Shown: one piece after another, positions 27,388 to 38,866 of the stretch
How the letters are laid out: every line of letters starts with the position of its first letter
Numbering within the stretch: position 1 is the stretch's first letter
Assembly: GCA_015055655.1 (NCBI GenBank)
Contig: SVHW01000001.1
Location: 15,465 to 79,464, forward strand
Length of the DNA stretch: 64,000 nt
Direction of reading: 5' to 3'
DNA from: Clostridiales bacterium
GTDB taxonomy: Bacteria; Bacillota; Clostridia; Christensenellales; Borkfalkiaceae
Notes under the pieces: model-generated
Databases searched by the model: none
What the model was told of the DNA's origin: nothing
The model's input: only the letters and a program-made list of their open reading frames with translations
Made by a program: the position numbers and the translations under genes

Positions 27388-29781
27388 ATGACAAAAATTC
27401 CGTTTGACAACTTAATGAAATTGCTCGACACGAAAAAGGACGCGGATAAGGCTTGGTTTTTGTCGCTTTTGGACGAGGAAGAGCAACGCGCTTACGAGGA
27501 AGAGCACGTTTCTGCCGTGATGCAAATGCTTCGCATTGCGCGTATTCACGCGCACAAAAATACAATTAAGCAGGCGAAAAACGAAATTTTACAGATAGAA
27601 AACGATACGCATAAAGAAGCGGACAGCTATCGAAAGATTATCCTTTTAACGGAAGAAATCAAACGCCACGAGGCAAAGATAGAAGAATTCCGCCCGTTTT
27701 TCGACGAGCCGTATTTTGCGCGTATGGATTTAATCGACAATATTGAGGGGTATAACAGTTATTATATCGGCAAAAAAGGGGACGTGAAATTAGAAATTGT
27801 CGATTGGCGCGCGCCGCTTGCCCGTCGTTATTATCAAAAAAGTTGCTCGTCTTTCAAAATTAACCAGTACGAGTATAAGACGATTCTTCGACGTGCGCTC
27901 CGCACAAAGGACGGGAAACTTGTCGATTATAAAAACGAGTACCTTTCCTTAAAAGAGTATCTTTCCCCTGAAGAAATTGACGGGAAAGACGAGGAAAACG
28001 TATTAGACCCGTTCCTTAAAGAAATTATACGCGCGCGTAAGGAAGAATCCGCCGTTAAAGATATTATCGAAACGATTCAAGAAAAGCAGTATGAAATAAT
28101 CACCCGTCCCGAAAAGACGAATTTTATTTTGCAGGGCTGTGCAGGTAGCGGCAAAACGATGGTTATGTTGCACCGTTTAAGCTATTTGATGTACAACAAC
28201 GACAATATCAAGCCGCGCGACGTGCTTGTGATAACGCCCAGCAATTCGTTTAATTCGTTCATTGACGAACTGGCGGAGATTTTGCAATTAGAACGTGTGA
28301 AAACGACAACGGCGCAAGATTATTTCCTGCAAGTATTGAAAAACGCAGGCATTGATATCGCCGACAAAATTGATTTTTCACAGCGCGAAACTACGGAATA
28401 TTTGGGATACGTATATTCTTCGCAATTCGTAAACGACGTGCATAAGAAACTCGATAAAGTGTTTGATAGCTTATACGGGTTATTCACCGCAAGCGAGTGT
28501 CAGGATTTTATCGAAGATATTTTACAAGACTGTAAAATACAGCTTTCTGCGTACGAAGGGATAAAAAATGCGTCGATGCGTGTTCGTCGCGCCGTTTTAG
28601 GGGAGATTAAGGAACGCAAAGAGGGCGGTTTATATTACACTAAGCCCTTCCGCGCACTGATGAACGGTATTTTGGATATACAGGATTTTTTGGGCGGAAC
28701 GTTACAAAGCGAAAACGCAAAATCGCCCGATTATTTCTATCGTCAAATGACCTCCTTTTACAAGAGCGCGTCTTTCGTGGCAAAAAACACGCAGCGTATC
28801 GTGGACGAGGCGTGCGTGTCTTTGGAAGAACTGAAAATTTCACTCGAAAAAGAAATCGTGGACTTACGGCGATATAAGCAACGCATCGGCAGCGTGGAAA
28901 TACTCACGTACGCCGACAGAATTGCGCGGCGAGAAGAAGTGATAAAAGAGGTGGACGCCGTTTTGCAAAAAGTGCAGGATATTGCGGAAAACAATACGGC
29001 GTTTGCGGAGTTCTACCGTTATTTACGTGGAGAAAAGGTATTTTGTGAAATCGGCGAAGGGAACGGCTTTATTGACGTAGTGCGGTATTTTTATCGGGAA
29101 ACGGTGAAAAAATATAAAGGGAAGTTCCATTTAACGGCGAAATCAATGTATCCAACGGACGCGTACGCGTTGTGCGTGATATGTGACGGGCTTACCGATA
29201 GGCTGTCGCCCGTATATTCGTACGTGTTCGTGGACGAGGCGCAAGACGTTTCTTCGTGCGAATACGCGTTGCTTCGGCGGATAAACAAAAAAGCAGCCTT
29301 TAACGTGTTTGGGGATTTGGCGCAAAACGTTACGCCTTGGCGTGGCGTAAAGGCTTGGGATAACGTTTTCCCCGATTTTGAAACGTATACGCTCAATCAA
29401 AATTATCGCAACACCAATCAAATCGTGGATTTCGTGGCGTCCAATTTGCGTTTGGATATGGAATCTATCGGGTTTGACGGTCCGCCCGTTACCTACGTTT
29501 CAGCAAGGGAAATCAACGGCTTTTTTAAAAACAAAAAGGGATTAAAAGCGATTATTTGCGCGGCGGAGAGGAAGGAAGAATTGATGCGCAAGGCGTATAA
29601 TGATTTATCGTTAAAAGGCACGCTTTCGCGTACGAAAATCAATATTATGACGGTGTACGAAAGTAAGGGTTTAGAGTTTTCTTCTGTTGCCGTATTGCCC
29701 GACGGACTTTCCTCAAGCGAACAATATATTGCCTATACGAGGGCGTTAAAGGATTTGGCTATCATTGGAAAACGCAAGTGA
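27388..29781 (+). CDS. helD: HelD-like UvrD/Rep superfamily 1 helicase (helicase IV family)
   Basis: N-terminal coiled region, FARMDL...YYIGKKG...IVDWRAPLARRYY motif typical of HelD, Walker A GCAGSGKTMV, FVDEAQD, C-terminal YESKGLEF. Confidence 0.8.
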   Translation: MTKIPFDNLMKLLDTKKDADKAWFLSLLDEEEQRAYEEEHVSAVMQMLRIARIHAHKNTIKQAKNEILQIENDTHKEADSYRKIILLTEEIKRHEAKIEEFRPFFDEPYFARMDLIDNIEGYNSYYIGKKGDVKLEIVDWRAPLARRYYQKSCSSFKINQYEYKTILRRALRTKDGKLVDYKNEYLSLKEYLSPEEIDGKDEENVLDPFLKEIIRARKEESAVKDIIETIQEKQYEIITRPEKTNFILQGCAGSGKTMVMLHRLSYLMYNNDNIKPRDVLVITPSNSFNSFIDELAEILQLERVKTTTAQDYFLQVLKNAGIDIADKIDFSQRETTEYLGYVYSSQFVNDVHKKLDKVFDSLYGLFTASECQDFIEDILQDCKIQLSAYEGIKNASMRVRRAVLGEIKERKEGGLYYTKPFRALMNGILDIQDFLGGTLQSENAKSPDYFYRQMTSFYKSASFVAKNTQRIVDEACVSLEELKISLEKEIVDLRRYKQRIGSVEILTYADRIARREEVIKEVDAVLQKVQDIAENNTAFAEFYRYLRGEKVFCEIGEGNGFIDVVRYFYRETVKKYKGKFHLTAKSMYPTDAYALCVICDGLTDRLSPVYSYVFVDEAQDVSSCEYALLRRINKKAAFNVFGDLAQNVTPWRGVKAWDNVFPDFETYTLNQNYRNTNQIVDFVASNLRLDMESIGFDGPPVTYVSAREINGFFKNKKGLKAIICAAERKEELMRKAYNDLSLKGTLSRTKINIMTVYESKGLEFSSVAVLPDGLSSSEQYIAYTRALKDLAIIGKRK

Positions 29782-29969
29782 CGGCGGTGTTTGCGCGGAA
29801 ATGAAGATTGTGGAAAAAATTTACATTCAAACGTTTGAAAAAATTGAAAAAAAGTGTTATAATAGGATAAAATGGTAGATTTTGACGTATTTTTCCCAAA
29901 AAATTGTGGAAAACTTTACGTCAAAAAAGCGCATTTAACGAGATAGACGGATTATTACGGAGTAAGCAG

Positions 29970-32183
29970 ATGGCAAAAGATGTGAAAAACGAAGCAAATT
30001 CGAAAGACGCGTACAGCGCGAAAAACCTGGAAGTATTAGAAGGGCTTGACGCCGTTCGTATGCGCCCCGGTATGTATATCGGTTCGACGGGCATTAAAGG
30101 GTTGCACCATATTCTTTGGGAAATCGTGGACAACGCAATCGACGAGGCGGCAAACGGTTTTGCTGACAAAGTGAAGGTGACCTTACACACGGACGGCAGC
30201 GCTTCCGTTGAAGATAACGGGCGCGGTATCCCCACCGATATTCACCCCAAAGAAAAAGTGTCGGGTGTACAGCTCGTTTTCACGAAGTTACACGCCGGCG
30301 GTAAATTTGGGCAAGGCAATTACGAATATTCAGGCGGCTTGCACGGCGTAGGCGCTTCCGTTACCAACGCCCTTTCCGAGTGGTTGAAGGTAGAGGTTTA
30401 CCGCAACAAACGCATATATAAAATGAGTTTCTCTTCCCATTTCGGGACGGGAAAAAATAAAAATAAAGTTATTTCTGGCGACCCTGACGGCCCTTTGGAA
30501 GATACGGGTATCCGCACCAACCGTCAAGGTTCGTTTATCCGTTTCAAACCGGACGCGCGCGTGTTCTCGGAAACGGAATTCGATTTGGAAACGGTCGAAG
30601 AAAGATTAAATCAACTCGCGTTTTTGAACCGCGGCGTGGAAATCACTATCGTGGACGAGCGTATCACGATGGCGGAAGCGAAACGTAACCGCGCGTTGTG
30701 GGCAAGCGAGAACGATAATGAAGAGGAAACGGATGAGGAAGGCGGAGTGGTTGAAACTACGCAAGACGACGAAGAACAAGCTTCGCTGTTCGATTTCGAC
30801 GACAAAGGACAAGCTTCCCTTTTTGATACGGTGGACGAACTTGCTTTGGAAAGCGAGCCGTATCGTATGGTATTTAAATACGACGGCGGTATTTCCGATT
30901 ACGTAAAATCGCTTACCGACGGGGAGAAGAAACTGTATTCAGCGCCGATATATTACAAAGCGACGAAAAACGATATTCAGGTAGAATTTGCAATTCAGCA
31001 TACGGGCGCGTACAGGGAAAAGATGTTCTCCTTCGTCAACAATATCCCCACCCCCGAAGGCGGTTATCACGAAATGGGCTTCCGTTCGGGCTTGACGAGG
31101 GTGTTAAACGAATATGCAAGGGCGAACGGCTTTTTGAAGGATAAGGACGCGAATTTCCAAGGCGACGATTTCAGCGAGGGGCTTTCCGTCGTATTGTCCG
31201 TTAAAATGGCAAGCGTACAGTTCGAAGGACAAACGAAAACGAAACTTGGCAACACCGAGGCTCGCCCTGCGGTAGAAGCGACCGTTATCGAAGGGTTTAA
31301 CGAGTTCAAAAATATCCGTGGCTATAAAAAGACCATGGAAGAAATTATTAAAAAAGCGCAAGGCGCTGCAAAATCGAGAATCGCCGCGAAAACGGCGAAA
31401 GAAAACGCCCGTGAAAAGAATAAAATCGACGGGTTGACCTTGATAGGCAAATTGGCGGCTTGCTCGGGAAGAAAACCCGAACTCAACGAAATGTTTATCG
31501 TAGAGGGGGATTCGGCAGGCGGCACGGCAAAACAAGCGCGCGTAAGACAATATCAATCGATTTTACCGCTTCGCGGTAAACCGCTTAACGTCGAAAAGAA
31601 AAAGCTGGCGCAAATTTTGGAAAACGAAGAAATCCGTACGATGATAAGCGCGATAGGCGCAGGTATCGACCCTGATTTCAAGTTGGATAAAATCAATTAT
31701 CATAAAGTCATTATCCTTTCGGATGCCGACCAAGACGGTATGCACATCCGTTGTATTTTGTTGACGTTTTTCTTCCGCTATATGCGTCCGCTCGTCAATG
31801 CGGGGCACGTATATATCGGTATGCCGCCCTTATATAAAGTGTATAAAGGCGACAAGGTAGAATACGCGTACGACGATAAGGAACTCAACGAAAAGATAGA
31901 AAAAATCGGGAAAGGCTATCAATTACAACGTTATAAAGGGCTTGGCGAAATGAGTGCCGACCAGCTTTGGGAAACGACGATGAACCCTGCCACCCGAAAC
32001 TTAACGCAAGTCACCGTAGAAGACGCTGCAAAAGCGGAAAAGATGATTACGACGCTGATGGGCGATAAGGTGGACGGCAGAAAAGAGTTTTTGGCGAAAT
32101 ACGCAAACTTCAATAAACGCGACACGTTTATTGAGAAGATAGAAAAAACGAAGAAGAAGGAGAGCGGCGATGGCGAAGAGTAA
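29970..32183 (+). CDS. parE: Type IIA topoisomerase subunit B (ParE-like; GyrB not excluded) with an acidic insertion of about 68 aa
   Basis: GHKL motifs ([33 protein letters not shown]), Toprim EGDSAGG and [12 protein letters not shown] 29970 chosen over the track's TTG at 29904. Confidence 0.85.
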   Translation: MAKDVKNEANSKDAYSAKNLEVLEGLDAVRMRPGMYIGSTGIKGLHHILWEIVDNAIDEAANGFADKVKVTLHTDGSASVEDNGRGIPTDIHPKEKVSGVQLVFTKLHAGGKFGQGNYEYSGGLHGVGASVTNALSEWLKVEVYRNKRIYKMSFSSHFGTGKNKNKVISGDPDGPLEDTGIRTNRQGSFIRFKPDARVFSETEFDLETVEERLNQLAFLNRGVEITIVDERITMAEAKRNRALWASENDNEEETDEEGGVVETTQDDEEQASLFDFDDKGQASLFDTVDELALESEPYRMVFKYDGGISDYVKSLTDGEKKLYSAPIYYKATKNDIQVEFAIQHTGAYREKMFSFVNNIPTPEGGYHEMGFRSGLTRVLNEYARANGFLKDKDANFQGDDFSEGLSVVLSVKMASVQFEGQTKTKLGNTEARPAVEATVIEGFNEFKNIRGYKKTMEEIIKKAQGAAKSRIAAKTAKENAREKNKIDGLTLIGKLAACSGRKPELNEMFIVEGDSAGGTAKQARVRQYQSILPLRGKPLNVEKKKLAQILENEEIRTMISAIGAGIDPDFKLDKINYHKVIILSDADQDGMHIRCILLTFFFRYMRPLVNAGHVYIGMPPLYKVYKGDKVEYAYDDKELNEKIEKIGKGYQLQRYKGLGEMSADQLWETTMNPATRNLTQVTVEDAAKAEKMITTLMGDKVDGRKEFLAKYANFNKRDTFIEKIEKTKKKESGDGEE

Positions 32184-34635
32184 GAAAGAACCGGAAATCA
32201 TTGAACCTACCGGGCAGTTATACGTTGAACCGCTTGAAAAAGTATTGCATACGTCTATGTTGCCGTATGCGGAATTCGTTATTTTGGATAGAGCGTTGCC
32301 GCGTGTAGAGGACGGCTTAAAGCCCGTACAAAGACGTATTTTATATACGATGAGCGAAATGGGCTTAACCCCCGATAAACCGCATAAAAAGAGCGCGCGT
32401 ATCGTCGGCGACTGTATGGGTAAATTCCATCCCCACGGCGACAGTTCGGTGTACGACGCAATGGTTCGTATGGCGCAAGATTTCAATATGGGGAAAACGC
32501 TTGTTGACGGGCACGGAAACTTCGGCTCGGTGGACGGTGACCCTGCTGCGGCTATGCGTTATACAGAAGCGCGTATGCAGCCGCTTGCGTTAGAACTTTT
32601 ACGTGATATCGATAAAGAAACCGTCAGTTTTTCGTTGAACTTTGACGATAGCTTAAAAGAACCCGACGTTTTGCCCGGTAGATTCCCCAACCTGCTTGTA
32701 AACGGCGCTTCCGGTATTGCCGTAGGCTTGGCAACGAATATCCCTACGCATAACCTCGAAGAAGTTATCAACGGCGTAGTGGCGTATATTGACAACCCTG
32801 CCATTTCGCTTGAGGAAATGATGGCGTATATTCCTTGTCCCGACTTCCCTACGGGCGGAATTATTATTGCCAACGAACTAATTCAAGCGTATAAGACGGG
32901 ACGCGGTAAAATTACGCTTCGCGCAAAAATTACGGCGGAAAAAGCGGATAACGGCAAGACGAATTTGATTATTACCGAATTGCCTTATCAGGTAAATAAA
33001 GCGCAACTGCTTCGTAAAATCGTTGATTTAAGAGAAGAGAAGAAGGAAGAACTCGCAGGGCTTGATTACGTTGCGGACGAATCGGATAGAACGGGCATGC
33101 GTGCGTTGATTCGCTTAAAGAAAGACGCCGACGTAAATTCGATTTTAAAATGTTTATATAAATATACCGATTTGGAAGTAACGTTCGGTATCAATATGGT
33201 CGTGATTGCAGACGGCAAACCGCAGCAACTCGGCTTGATGGAAATTATCCGTCATTACGTTAAATATCAACAACAAGTAGTAAAACGCAGAACGCTGTTC
33301 GAATTAAAGCAGGCGCAAAGCCGTTGTCACGTGTTGGAAGGCTTAATTATCGCCGTACAAAACATCGACGAAGTGATTGCCATTATTAAAAAAGCGGAAA
33401 GCACGTCGGACGCAAGAACAAAGCTTATGGAACGCTTTGAAATCAGCGAAATCCAAGCGCAGGCAATTCTCGATTTGCGTTTGGCGCGTTTGACAAAACT
33501 GGAAATTTTTAAACTCGAACAAGAATTGAAAGAGTTGAAAAAGCTTATTAAAAAACTTACGGCGATTTCCAAGAGTGGTGATTTGCAGTTGCAAGTCGTT
33601 AAAGAAGAAATTACGGAAATTAAGAACGCATATCCCACGCCGAGAAAATCAAGATTGGTATTTACGCGTGAGGAGGCGGACGAAACCGTGTCCGCCGCAC
33701 CTGAAAAGAAGACGGGTGTAAAATGCACGCTGGTTTATACGGCGGACGATAAGTTTAAGGTGTTGACGGGCAAAGCGGTAGAAGCGCTCGATAAACCGTT
33801 GGAGGGTAAGTTTAAACCGCATTTAATTGCGCTCCACACGTTAAAAACGGTTACGGATAAGCGTATTTTTGCCTTTACCAATTACGGCAACTGTCATAAA
33901 CTCGATATCTTTGACGAAGAGCTCGATTGCAAGCTTACCGACGAGGGCGTCGCGTTAAAGGAATTGTCAAACGAAGCGGAAACGGGTGAAAAAGTGGTTG
34001 CGCTCTTTGCCGTGGACGAACATTTACCTTACGGTAATTTGTTGTTCTTCACGAAGAAGGGTATGATTAAGAAATCGGAGTGGAGCGAATACGAAAACCG
34101 TAAAAACGTTTTCCAAGCGGTAAAACTCAACGAAGACGACGAACTGCTTGCCGTAGAAGAGGACACGGGCGACGACGATACGATTATTATCGTGACGAAA
34201 GAGGGCGTTTGCCTTAACGCAATGAAGGACGATATTCCCACGCAGGGCAGAGTTTCCACGGGCGTACGCGGTATTATGCTCCGTGACGGCGACAGCGTCG
34301 TTTTGATGAAACAAATCAACGGCGAAGGCGAAATTGTTATCGCCACGGACGAAGGGAAATTCAAAAGGGTTATCTCCTCGCAAATTGAGCCGTCCAAACG
34401 CTATCGCAAAGGAAATATCATCGTAGGGCTTCGCGAAGGGGCAAGCGTACTTTCCGCAAGTTACGTCACCGTGCCGTATATGTTGGCGGTTATCGAGAAA
34501 AATAAATCGGTATCCGAACTGTCAAGCGAAGACGTATTTATTACGGTGCAAAGCGCGCGTGCGAAGAAAATTGCGCGCTATGCGGAAGATTCCGTAGAAA
34601 GAGTTATTCCTTTGCCTTATAAAAAGGGCGAATAA
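32170..34635 (+). CDS. parC: Type IIA topoisomerase subunit A (ParC-like; no GyrA-box seen)
   Basis: [35 protein letters not shown], catalytic [10 protein letters not shown]. The C-terminal beta-pinwheel lacks a QRRGGKG-type GyrA box. Not in a dnaA-dnaN-recF context. Confidence 0.8.
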   Translation: MAKSKKEPEIIEPTGQLYVEPLEKVLHTSMLPYAEFVILDRALPRVEDGLKPVQRRILYTMSEMGLTPDKPHKKSARIVGDCMGKFHPHGDSSVYDAMVRMAQDFNMGKTLVDGHGNFGSVDGDPAAAMRYTEARMQPLALELLRDIDKETVSFSLNFDDSLKEPDVLPGRFPNLLVNGASGIAVGLATNIPTHNLEEVINGVVAYIDNPAISLEEMMAYIPCPDFPTGGIIIANELIQAYKTGRGKITLRAKITAEKADNGKTNLIITELPYQVNKAQLLRKIVDLREEKKEELAGLDYVADESDRTGMRALIRLKKDADVNSILKCLYKYTDLEVTFGINMVVIADGKPQQLGLMEIIRHYVKYQQQVVKRRTLFELKQAQSRCHVLEGLIIAVQNIDEVIAIIKKAESTSDARTKLMERFEISEIQAQAILDLRLARLTKLEIFKLEQELKELKKLIKKLTAISKSGDLQLQVVKEEITEIKNAYPTPRKSRLVFTREEADETVSAAPEKKTGVKCTLVYTADDKFKVLTGKAVEALDKPLEGKFKPHLIALHTLKTVTDKRIFAFTNYGNCHKLDIFDEELDCKLTDEGVALKELSNEAETGEKVVALFAVDEHLPYGNLLFFTKKGMIKKSEWSEYENRKNVFQAVKLNEDDELLAVEEDTGDDDTIIIVTKEGVCLNAMKDDIPTQGRVSTGVRGIMLRDGDSVVLMKQINGEGEIVIATDEGKFKRVISSQIEPSKRYRKGNIIVGLREGASVLSASYVTVPYMLAVIEKNKSVSELSSEDVFITVQSARAKKIARYAEDSVERVIPLPYKKGE

Positions 34636-34707
34636 CGGAAAATAAGGGTATAATCACAAAACTTTCGACATAATATATTCCGTAAACGTTTTGCGGAGGT
34701 CGGTGGT

Positions 34708-34962
34708 TTGTGGGATTATATTGAAAAAAGAGTGTTACAATGCGCAGAATATATCGTAGAAACGGGTTGTACCGTTCGTGCGTGTTCTGCGCATTTTTCC
34801 ATTAGTAAATCAACGGTACATAAGGACGTTTCCGAACGTTTGAAATACATAGACGAGGGTTTGTTTGAAGAAGTTCGTGAAATTCTCAATCGAAATTTAA
34901 GCGAACGTCATATTCGCGGTGGGCTCGCAACAAAAGAAAAATACCAAAAGCCAAGAGGATAA
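34708..34962 (+). CDS. spoIIID: Stage III sporulation transcriptional regulator SpoIIID
   Basis: 84-aa HTH protein: IEKRVLQCAEYIVETGCTVRACSAHFSISKSTVHKDVSERL matches the highly conserved SpoIIID sequence. GTG start. Confidence 0.85.
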   Translation: MWDYIEKRVLQCAEYIVETGCTVRACSAHFSISKSTVHKDVSERLKYIDEGLFEEVREILNRNLSERHIRGGLATKEKYQKPRG

Positions 34963-34967
34963 AAGAT

Positions 34968-34999
34968 AGGAAGGACGTTTGTTCCTTCCTGTTTTTTTT
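34968..34999 (+). terminator. Intrinsic terminator after spoIIID
   Basis: AGGAAGGAC-GTTT-GTTCCTTCCT followed by a T-run. Confidence 0.65.
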
Positions 35000-35088
35000 A
35001 TTTTAAAATAATACTTTTCCGTTGTAACGCTTGAAAAAAAACAAATAATATGGTATGATTATGTAAATCAATACTGTGGAGAACGGTT

Positions 35089-35913
35089 ATGAAAAAGATA
35101 GCGGTAATAGGATTGGGGATAATCGGCGGCTCGATTTGCGGCGCGTTAACAAAAGCGGGATATCAAGTGGACGGTTTTGGTAGAGGCCGTGCGTCCATTG
35201 AGTATGCTTTAAAAGCAGGATATATTCAAAACGAAGGAAAAAATCTTGCCGATTACGACGTTGTTTTTATTGCCGTGCCGCCGCAACCGACAATAGAATA
35301 TTTGGATAAAGGAACTTTTAAAGACGGAGCGCTCGTTGCGGATATTTGCGGTGTAAAGGAAATGATTGAAAATACCGTTTACGCAAAGAAACGCAATTAT
35401 CGCTACGTAGGTTTACATCCAATGGCGGGCAAAGAAACTTCTGGTATTGCTTCTGCTTCGGCTGACTTGTTCCAAAAAGCGAATTTAATTATTACGATAG
35501 CCGCGCAAACGAACGTTGCCGACGTGGCGGAAATAAAAACGTACGCTAAGGCTATGGGGTTTGGTAAAATTGTAGAATGTAGCGCTGCGGAACACGATAA
35601 AAAAATAGCGCTTACCTCCCAGCTTGCGCATATCGTTTCTAACGCGTACGTAAAAAGTCCCCAAGTAAAGGGTTACGAAGGGTTTACCGGCGGCAGTTTT
35701 CAAGATATGACGCGTATTGCAGGGGTAGACGAAACCGTTTGGACGCCGTTATACGCTTGTAATCGTGAAAATATCGTTGCGGAACTTAGCGGTTTAATCG
35801 ATAATCTTGCCGTGTATTTAGACGCATTAAAAACTTGTGACGACGAAAAATTGGCACAGGCTTTAAAAGAGGGTAGGTTGATTCGAGAAACGATAAAACG
35901 GAACAATGAATAA
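35089..35913 (+). CDS. tyrA: Prephenate dehydrogenase
   Basis: Rossmann motif IAVIGLGIIGGS, HPMAGKE catalytic-region motif, and typical size. Confidence 0.8.
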   Translation: MKKIAVIGLGIIGGSICGALTKAGYQVDGFGRGRASIEYALKAGYIQNEGKNLADYDVVFIAVPPQPTIEYLDKGTFKDGALVADICGVKEMIENTVYAKKRNYRYVGLHPMAGKETSGIASASADLFQKANLIITIAAQTNVADVAEIKTYAKAMGFGKIVECSAAEHDKKIALTSQLAHIVSNAYVKSPQVKGYEGFTGGSFQDMTRIAGVDETVWTPLYACNRENIVAELSGLIDNLAVYLDALKTCDDEKLAQALKEGRLIRETIKRNNE

Positions 35914-35915
35914 TC

Positions 35916-35945
35916 AAAAAATCGGGAAATTGCCCGATTTTTTTG
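35916..35945 (+). terminator. Intrinsic terminator after tyrA
   Basis: AAAAAATCGGG-AAATTG-CCCGATTTTTT. Confidence 0.7.
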
Positions 35946-36043
35946 ATTATTTTACAAAATAAAAAGAATTTTGTCGATAACAGTTTACTTTTTGTACGAT
36001 ATTTGATATAATAATGTCGAAAAAGCACGAAAAAGGAGAGTTT

Positions 36044-36421
36044 ATGCAAACGTGTCGCGTTACGATAGCTACCACGATTGACGGAAAAACGACGGAAATC
36101 GTTCGCGAGGGCAAGATGTCGTTGCAAGAAGGTATTGCGCGGATAATTTACACGGAAGAAAATGCGGAAATTACGCTCGTTTTTAATAATAGAGAAGTTT
36201 GTATTGAGCGCGTGGGTGATTATACAATGCGTTTGCGTATGAAAAAAGGAGAAATCTGCGACGGCGAAATTGGGATATCAGGTTCAACGGGACGTGTACA
36301 AACGCAGGTGACAAGGTTGGCGTATTCGCTAAAGAACGATTCGTTTATGCTTTCGTTGCATTACGATTTGTTGCTTGGCGACGCAATACAAAAAACTAAA
36401 ATTCGATTGTTTGCGAAATAA
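36044..36421 (+). CDS. DUF1934 (YwiB-like) beta-barrel protein
   Basis: About 125-aa protein with an alternating beta-strand pattern and a family-like N-terminus (V.I.TTIDG...). AAAGGAG RBS precedes ATG 36044. Family assignment is from memory only. Confidence 0.5.
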   Translation: MQTCRVTIATTIDGKTTEIVREGKMSLQEGIARIIYTEENAEITLVFNNREVCIERVGDYTMRLRMKKGEICDGEIGISGSTGRVQTQVTRLAYSLKNDSFMLSLHYDLLLGDAIQKTKIRLFAK

Positions 36422-36446
36422 AGTTTGGATATAAAGGGGATAGGAA

Positions 36447-37094
36447 ATGAAAATCGAATATTTTGGGCACTCTTGTTTTAGAATTATATCCAATAAAGGC
36501 ACTTGTGTGGTTACCGACCCGTACGAGGGGGTTGGCTACGATTTACCGCAAGGCGTTTTAACCGATATTGTCACCGTTAGCCACGCGCATTTTGACCATA
36601 ATAACGTGCACGCTTTGCGTGGGGCGAGAATTGTCATAACAAAACCGGAAAGATACGTTTTTGATGACGTTATCATTGAAGGATTTGTTTGCAATCACGA
36701 CGAAAACGAAGGCAAATTGCGTGGAAAAAACGTTGTTTTCACTTTGCAGACGGACGGGATAAAAATCTGCCATTTGGGAGATTTAGGGGAACGTTGTTCT
36801 AAAACGTTGTTGGAAAAGATTGGAAAACCCGACGTTATATTGATTCCCGTTGGCGGTACGTATACGATAGATGCGTTACAGGCAAAAGAGTACGTAGACG
36901 CAATTCAGCCTAAAATTGTTATTCCTATGCATTATAAGCCGAAGGACGGTGCGTTGGATATCACGGATGAAAAACCGTTTTTAACGCTTTTTGACGCAGT
37001 TATCGCCACGCCCAAAAACGAGGCGATTGACGTACGAGATTACGTCATAGACGGGACGCGCATATTGTTTATGGAGAGAAAAGAAAATGCTTGA
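36447..37094 (+). CDS. MBL-fold metal-dependent hydrolase (UPF0173-like)
   Basis: YFGHSCF start, SHAHFDH metal-binding motif, size about 215 aa. Confidence 0.8.
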   Translation: MKIEYFGHSCFRIISNKGTCVVTDPYEGVGYDLPQGVLTDIVTVSHAHFDHNNVHALRGARIVITKPERYVFDDVIIEGFVCNHDENEGKLRGKNVVFTLQTDGIKICHLGDLGERCSKTLLEKIGKPDVILIPVGGTYTIDALQAKEYVDAIQPKIVIPMHYKPKDGALDITDEKPFLTLFDAVIATPKNEAIDVRDYVIDGTRILFMERKENA

Positions 37095-38544
37095 AAACGA
37101 AAAACAATTTAAGACGGCCATGATTGCTTATTTATCTTCTTCGGAAGTAGGAACGGGTGATTTGCGCGCTTATGCCAGAATTATCGGCGTTAAACGGCCT
37201 ACGACGAAAAAGAATAACGAATTGATTGAAGAAATTACGGCTATTTTATTGGGGGAATTAGAACCGATTGAAATTTCCCATAAAGGCGCGCCCGTAAAAA
37301 ACGATTTTGTAAAACCGACGGTGCTTGATGCAATCAATCGGCTTTGTAAAGATTATCATATTTTTGATAAATACGAGAAGAAACAGGCGAAAGACGATAA
37401 TATTTTGCCGAGCTTATTTCCTAAGGTCTATGACCCAACAAAGCTCGTTTTACACGACAGTAGCCTTGAAAGTATAGAAAGCGTCGTCTTTAACGGACAG
37501 CTTACCTATTTTAACAACGTGTATTATCTTTTCCCCGTTGATTGCAGAAACGGTATGAAAATTCTTGTCCCTGATAGATTGGTGGAAAGTTACGCGCTTC
37601 GTGAGGGGGACGTCGTTACGTGTCACGTTGTAAGAGGCGAAAAAATGTTGGTCGCCACAAGTGTGGTGACGGTGAACGGGTTGGTGGTAAATTCTTTTTC
37701 TCGTACGAACTTTGACGAGGCGTTGCCGTGTTATCCCGTAGACGATATTGAGTTCGCGGAAGAAAACTCTTCCTTGGCAATAAAATATTTCCGTTGGGTG
37801 ACACCGATTAAGAAAGGCCAACGCGCGTGTATTATTGCGCCGCCGAAAGCGGGAAAAAGTCATTTGTTGTACGAGCTTGCGTTTGCAATGCAACAAAAAG
37901 ACGAAAAAGCGCCCATCTTCGTATTGCTTGTCGACCAATCCCCTGAGGCGGTAGGAAAATTCCGTCGGGTATTCAAAGAGGGTAGATTGGTATATACGAC
38001 GTATGAAGACGACGCCGAGCAACAAGTTTTTGCCGCAGAGTTTTTATTAAAAAGAGTAAAACGTTACGTGGAAAAAGGCGATAACGTTGTGCTTTTTGTG
38101 GATTCGCTTACCGCGCTTGCAAAAGCGTACAACGATACGGACGCATCCATTGGCGGCAAAACGTTGATTGGCGGTATGGAAAGTAAATCATTACAATACG
38201 TCAAACGTTTTTTAGGGGCGGCAAGAAATATGGAAACGGGCGGTTCGTTGACGATTATAGGCACGGCGGAAACAAATACCGGTAACCCCGTGGACGAGTT
38301 GATTTGCGCAGAATTGACAGGCGTTGCTAATTTGGAAATTCGTCTTTCCGGAGAATTGGCGTCGAAACGAATTTATCCTGCGATTGACGCATTGAAAACG
38401 AAAGCAGGGGAAGGAATTTTGGCAACGAAAGAAGATGAGTTGCTTCGTACGAACTATTTGCCGAAATACGGCAACGAGGCATTTTTGTCTTTGTTAGAGA
38501 AAACGAACACCAAAGAAAATTTATTGGAATTGTTAAAAAAATAA
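37087..38544 (+). CDS. rho: Transcription termination factor Rho
   Basis: OB-fold RNA-binding region, Walker A PPKAGKS, LLVDQSPE, VLFVDSLTALAKAYN, and RIYPAIDALKT near the C-terminus. Confidence 0.9.
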   Translation: MLENEKQFKTAMIAYLSSSEVGTGDLRAYARIIGVKRPTTKKNNELIEEITAILLGELEPIEISHKGAPVKNDFVKPTVLDAINRLCKDYHIFDKYEKKQAKDDNILPSLFPKVYDPTKLVLHDSSLESIESVVFNGQLTYFNNVYYLFPVDCRNGMKILVPDRLVESYALREGDVVTCHVVRGEKMLVATSVVTVNGLVVNSFSRTNFDEALPCYPVDDIEFAEENSSLAIKYFRWVTPIKKGQRACIIAPPKAGKSHLLYELAFAMQQKDEKAPIFVLLVDQSPEAVGKFRRVFKEGRLVYTTYEDDAEQQVFAAEFLLKRVKRYVEKGDNVVLFVDSLTALAKAYNDTDASIGGKTLIGGMESKSLQYVKRFLGAARNMETGGSLTIIGTAETNTGNPVDELICAELTGVANLEIRLSGELASKRIYPAIDALKTKAGEGILATKEDELLRTNYLPKYGNEAFLSLLEKTNTKENLLELLKK

Positions 38545-38573
38545 GCAAAAACGGGGATAAGTGCCCGCCTTTT

Positions 38574-38582
38574 TGTGGATAA
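38574..38582 (-). promoter_or_regulatory. Perfect DnaA box (TTATCCACA on the minus strand)
   Basis: TGTGGATAA, embedded in the 14-mer TTTTTGTGGATAAA that recurs at 38863-38876. Confidence 0.4.
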
Positions 38583-38596
38583 ATACCTGTAAATCA

Positions 38597-38638
38597 ACGG
38601 AAGTATTTTATTTTTCTATACTTCCGTTTTTCTTTTTT
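38597..38638 (+). terminator. Intrinsic terminator after rho
   Basis: ACGGAAGTAT-(11 nt)-ATACTTCCGT followed by TTTTTCTTTTTT. Confidence 0.7.
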
Positions 38639-38715
38639 ATATAAATTTACAATAAAATCAAGGGTTTTAGGCAAATTTTTGCTATTTTGCCGTTGTTTAA
38701 CTATAATATTTTTTT

Positions 38716-38731
38716 ATACCATATTTTGTGT
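38716..38731. promoter_or_regulatory. NrdR box 1
   Basis: The reverse complement reads ACACAAAATATGGTAT, matching the 16-bp NrdR palindrome acaCwAtATaTwGtgt. Confidence 0.6.
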
Positions 38732-38739
38732 TCACTTGC

Positions 38740-38767
38740 TTGACTTTACCACAAGATATGGTATAAT
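38740..38767 (+). promoter_or_regulatory. Candidate sigma-A promoter of nrdDG overlapping NrdR box 2 (38749-38764)
   Basis: TTGACT, 16-nt spacer, TATAAT. The spacer and -10 contain CCACAAGATATGGTAT. Confidence 0.6.
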
Positions 38768-38791
38768 ATTAAGGTACGAATAATTCGAAAA

Positions 38792-38807
38792 ACACAAGAT
38801 ATAGTAT
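38792..38807. promoter_or_regulatory. NrdR box 3
   Basis: ACACAAGATATAGTAT, about 25 nt downstream of the -10. Confidence 0.6.
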
Positions 38808-38866
38808 TAAGGCTTGTGAAAGATACACACAATAATATTTAGAGATAAATAAAGATAAGGCGTTTT

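Noticed and set aside
27388-29781. UvrD-like helicase as part of a defence system (for example Gabija GajB or a similar system).
   Set aside because: The N-terminal YYIGK...DWRAP motif and overall layout fit HelD/helicase IV. No nuclease, ATPase or other partner gene is adjacent. The neighbours are a surface protein gene and topoisomerase genes.
29970-34635. Calling the topoisomerase pair gyrB/gyrA.
   Set aside because: No GyrA-box (QRRGGKG-like) is visible in the A-subunit C-terminal domain, and the locus is not next to dnaA-dnaN-recF, so ParE/ParC is favoured. Without phylogeny this remains a preference, not a proof.
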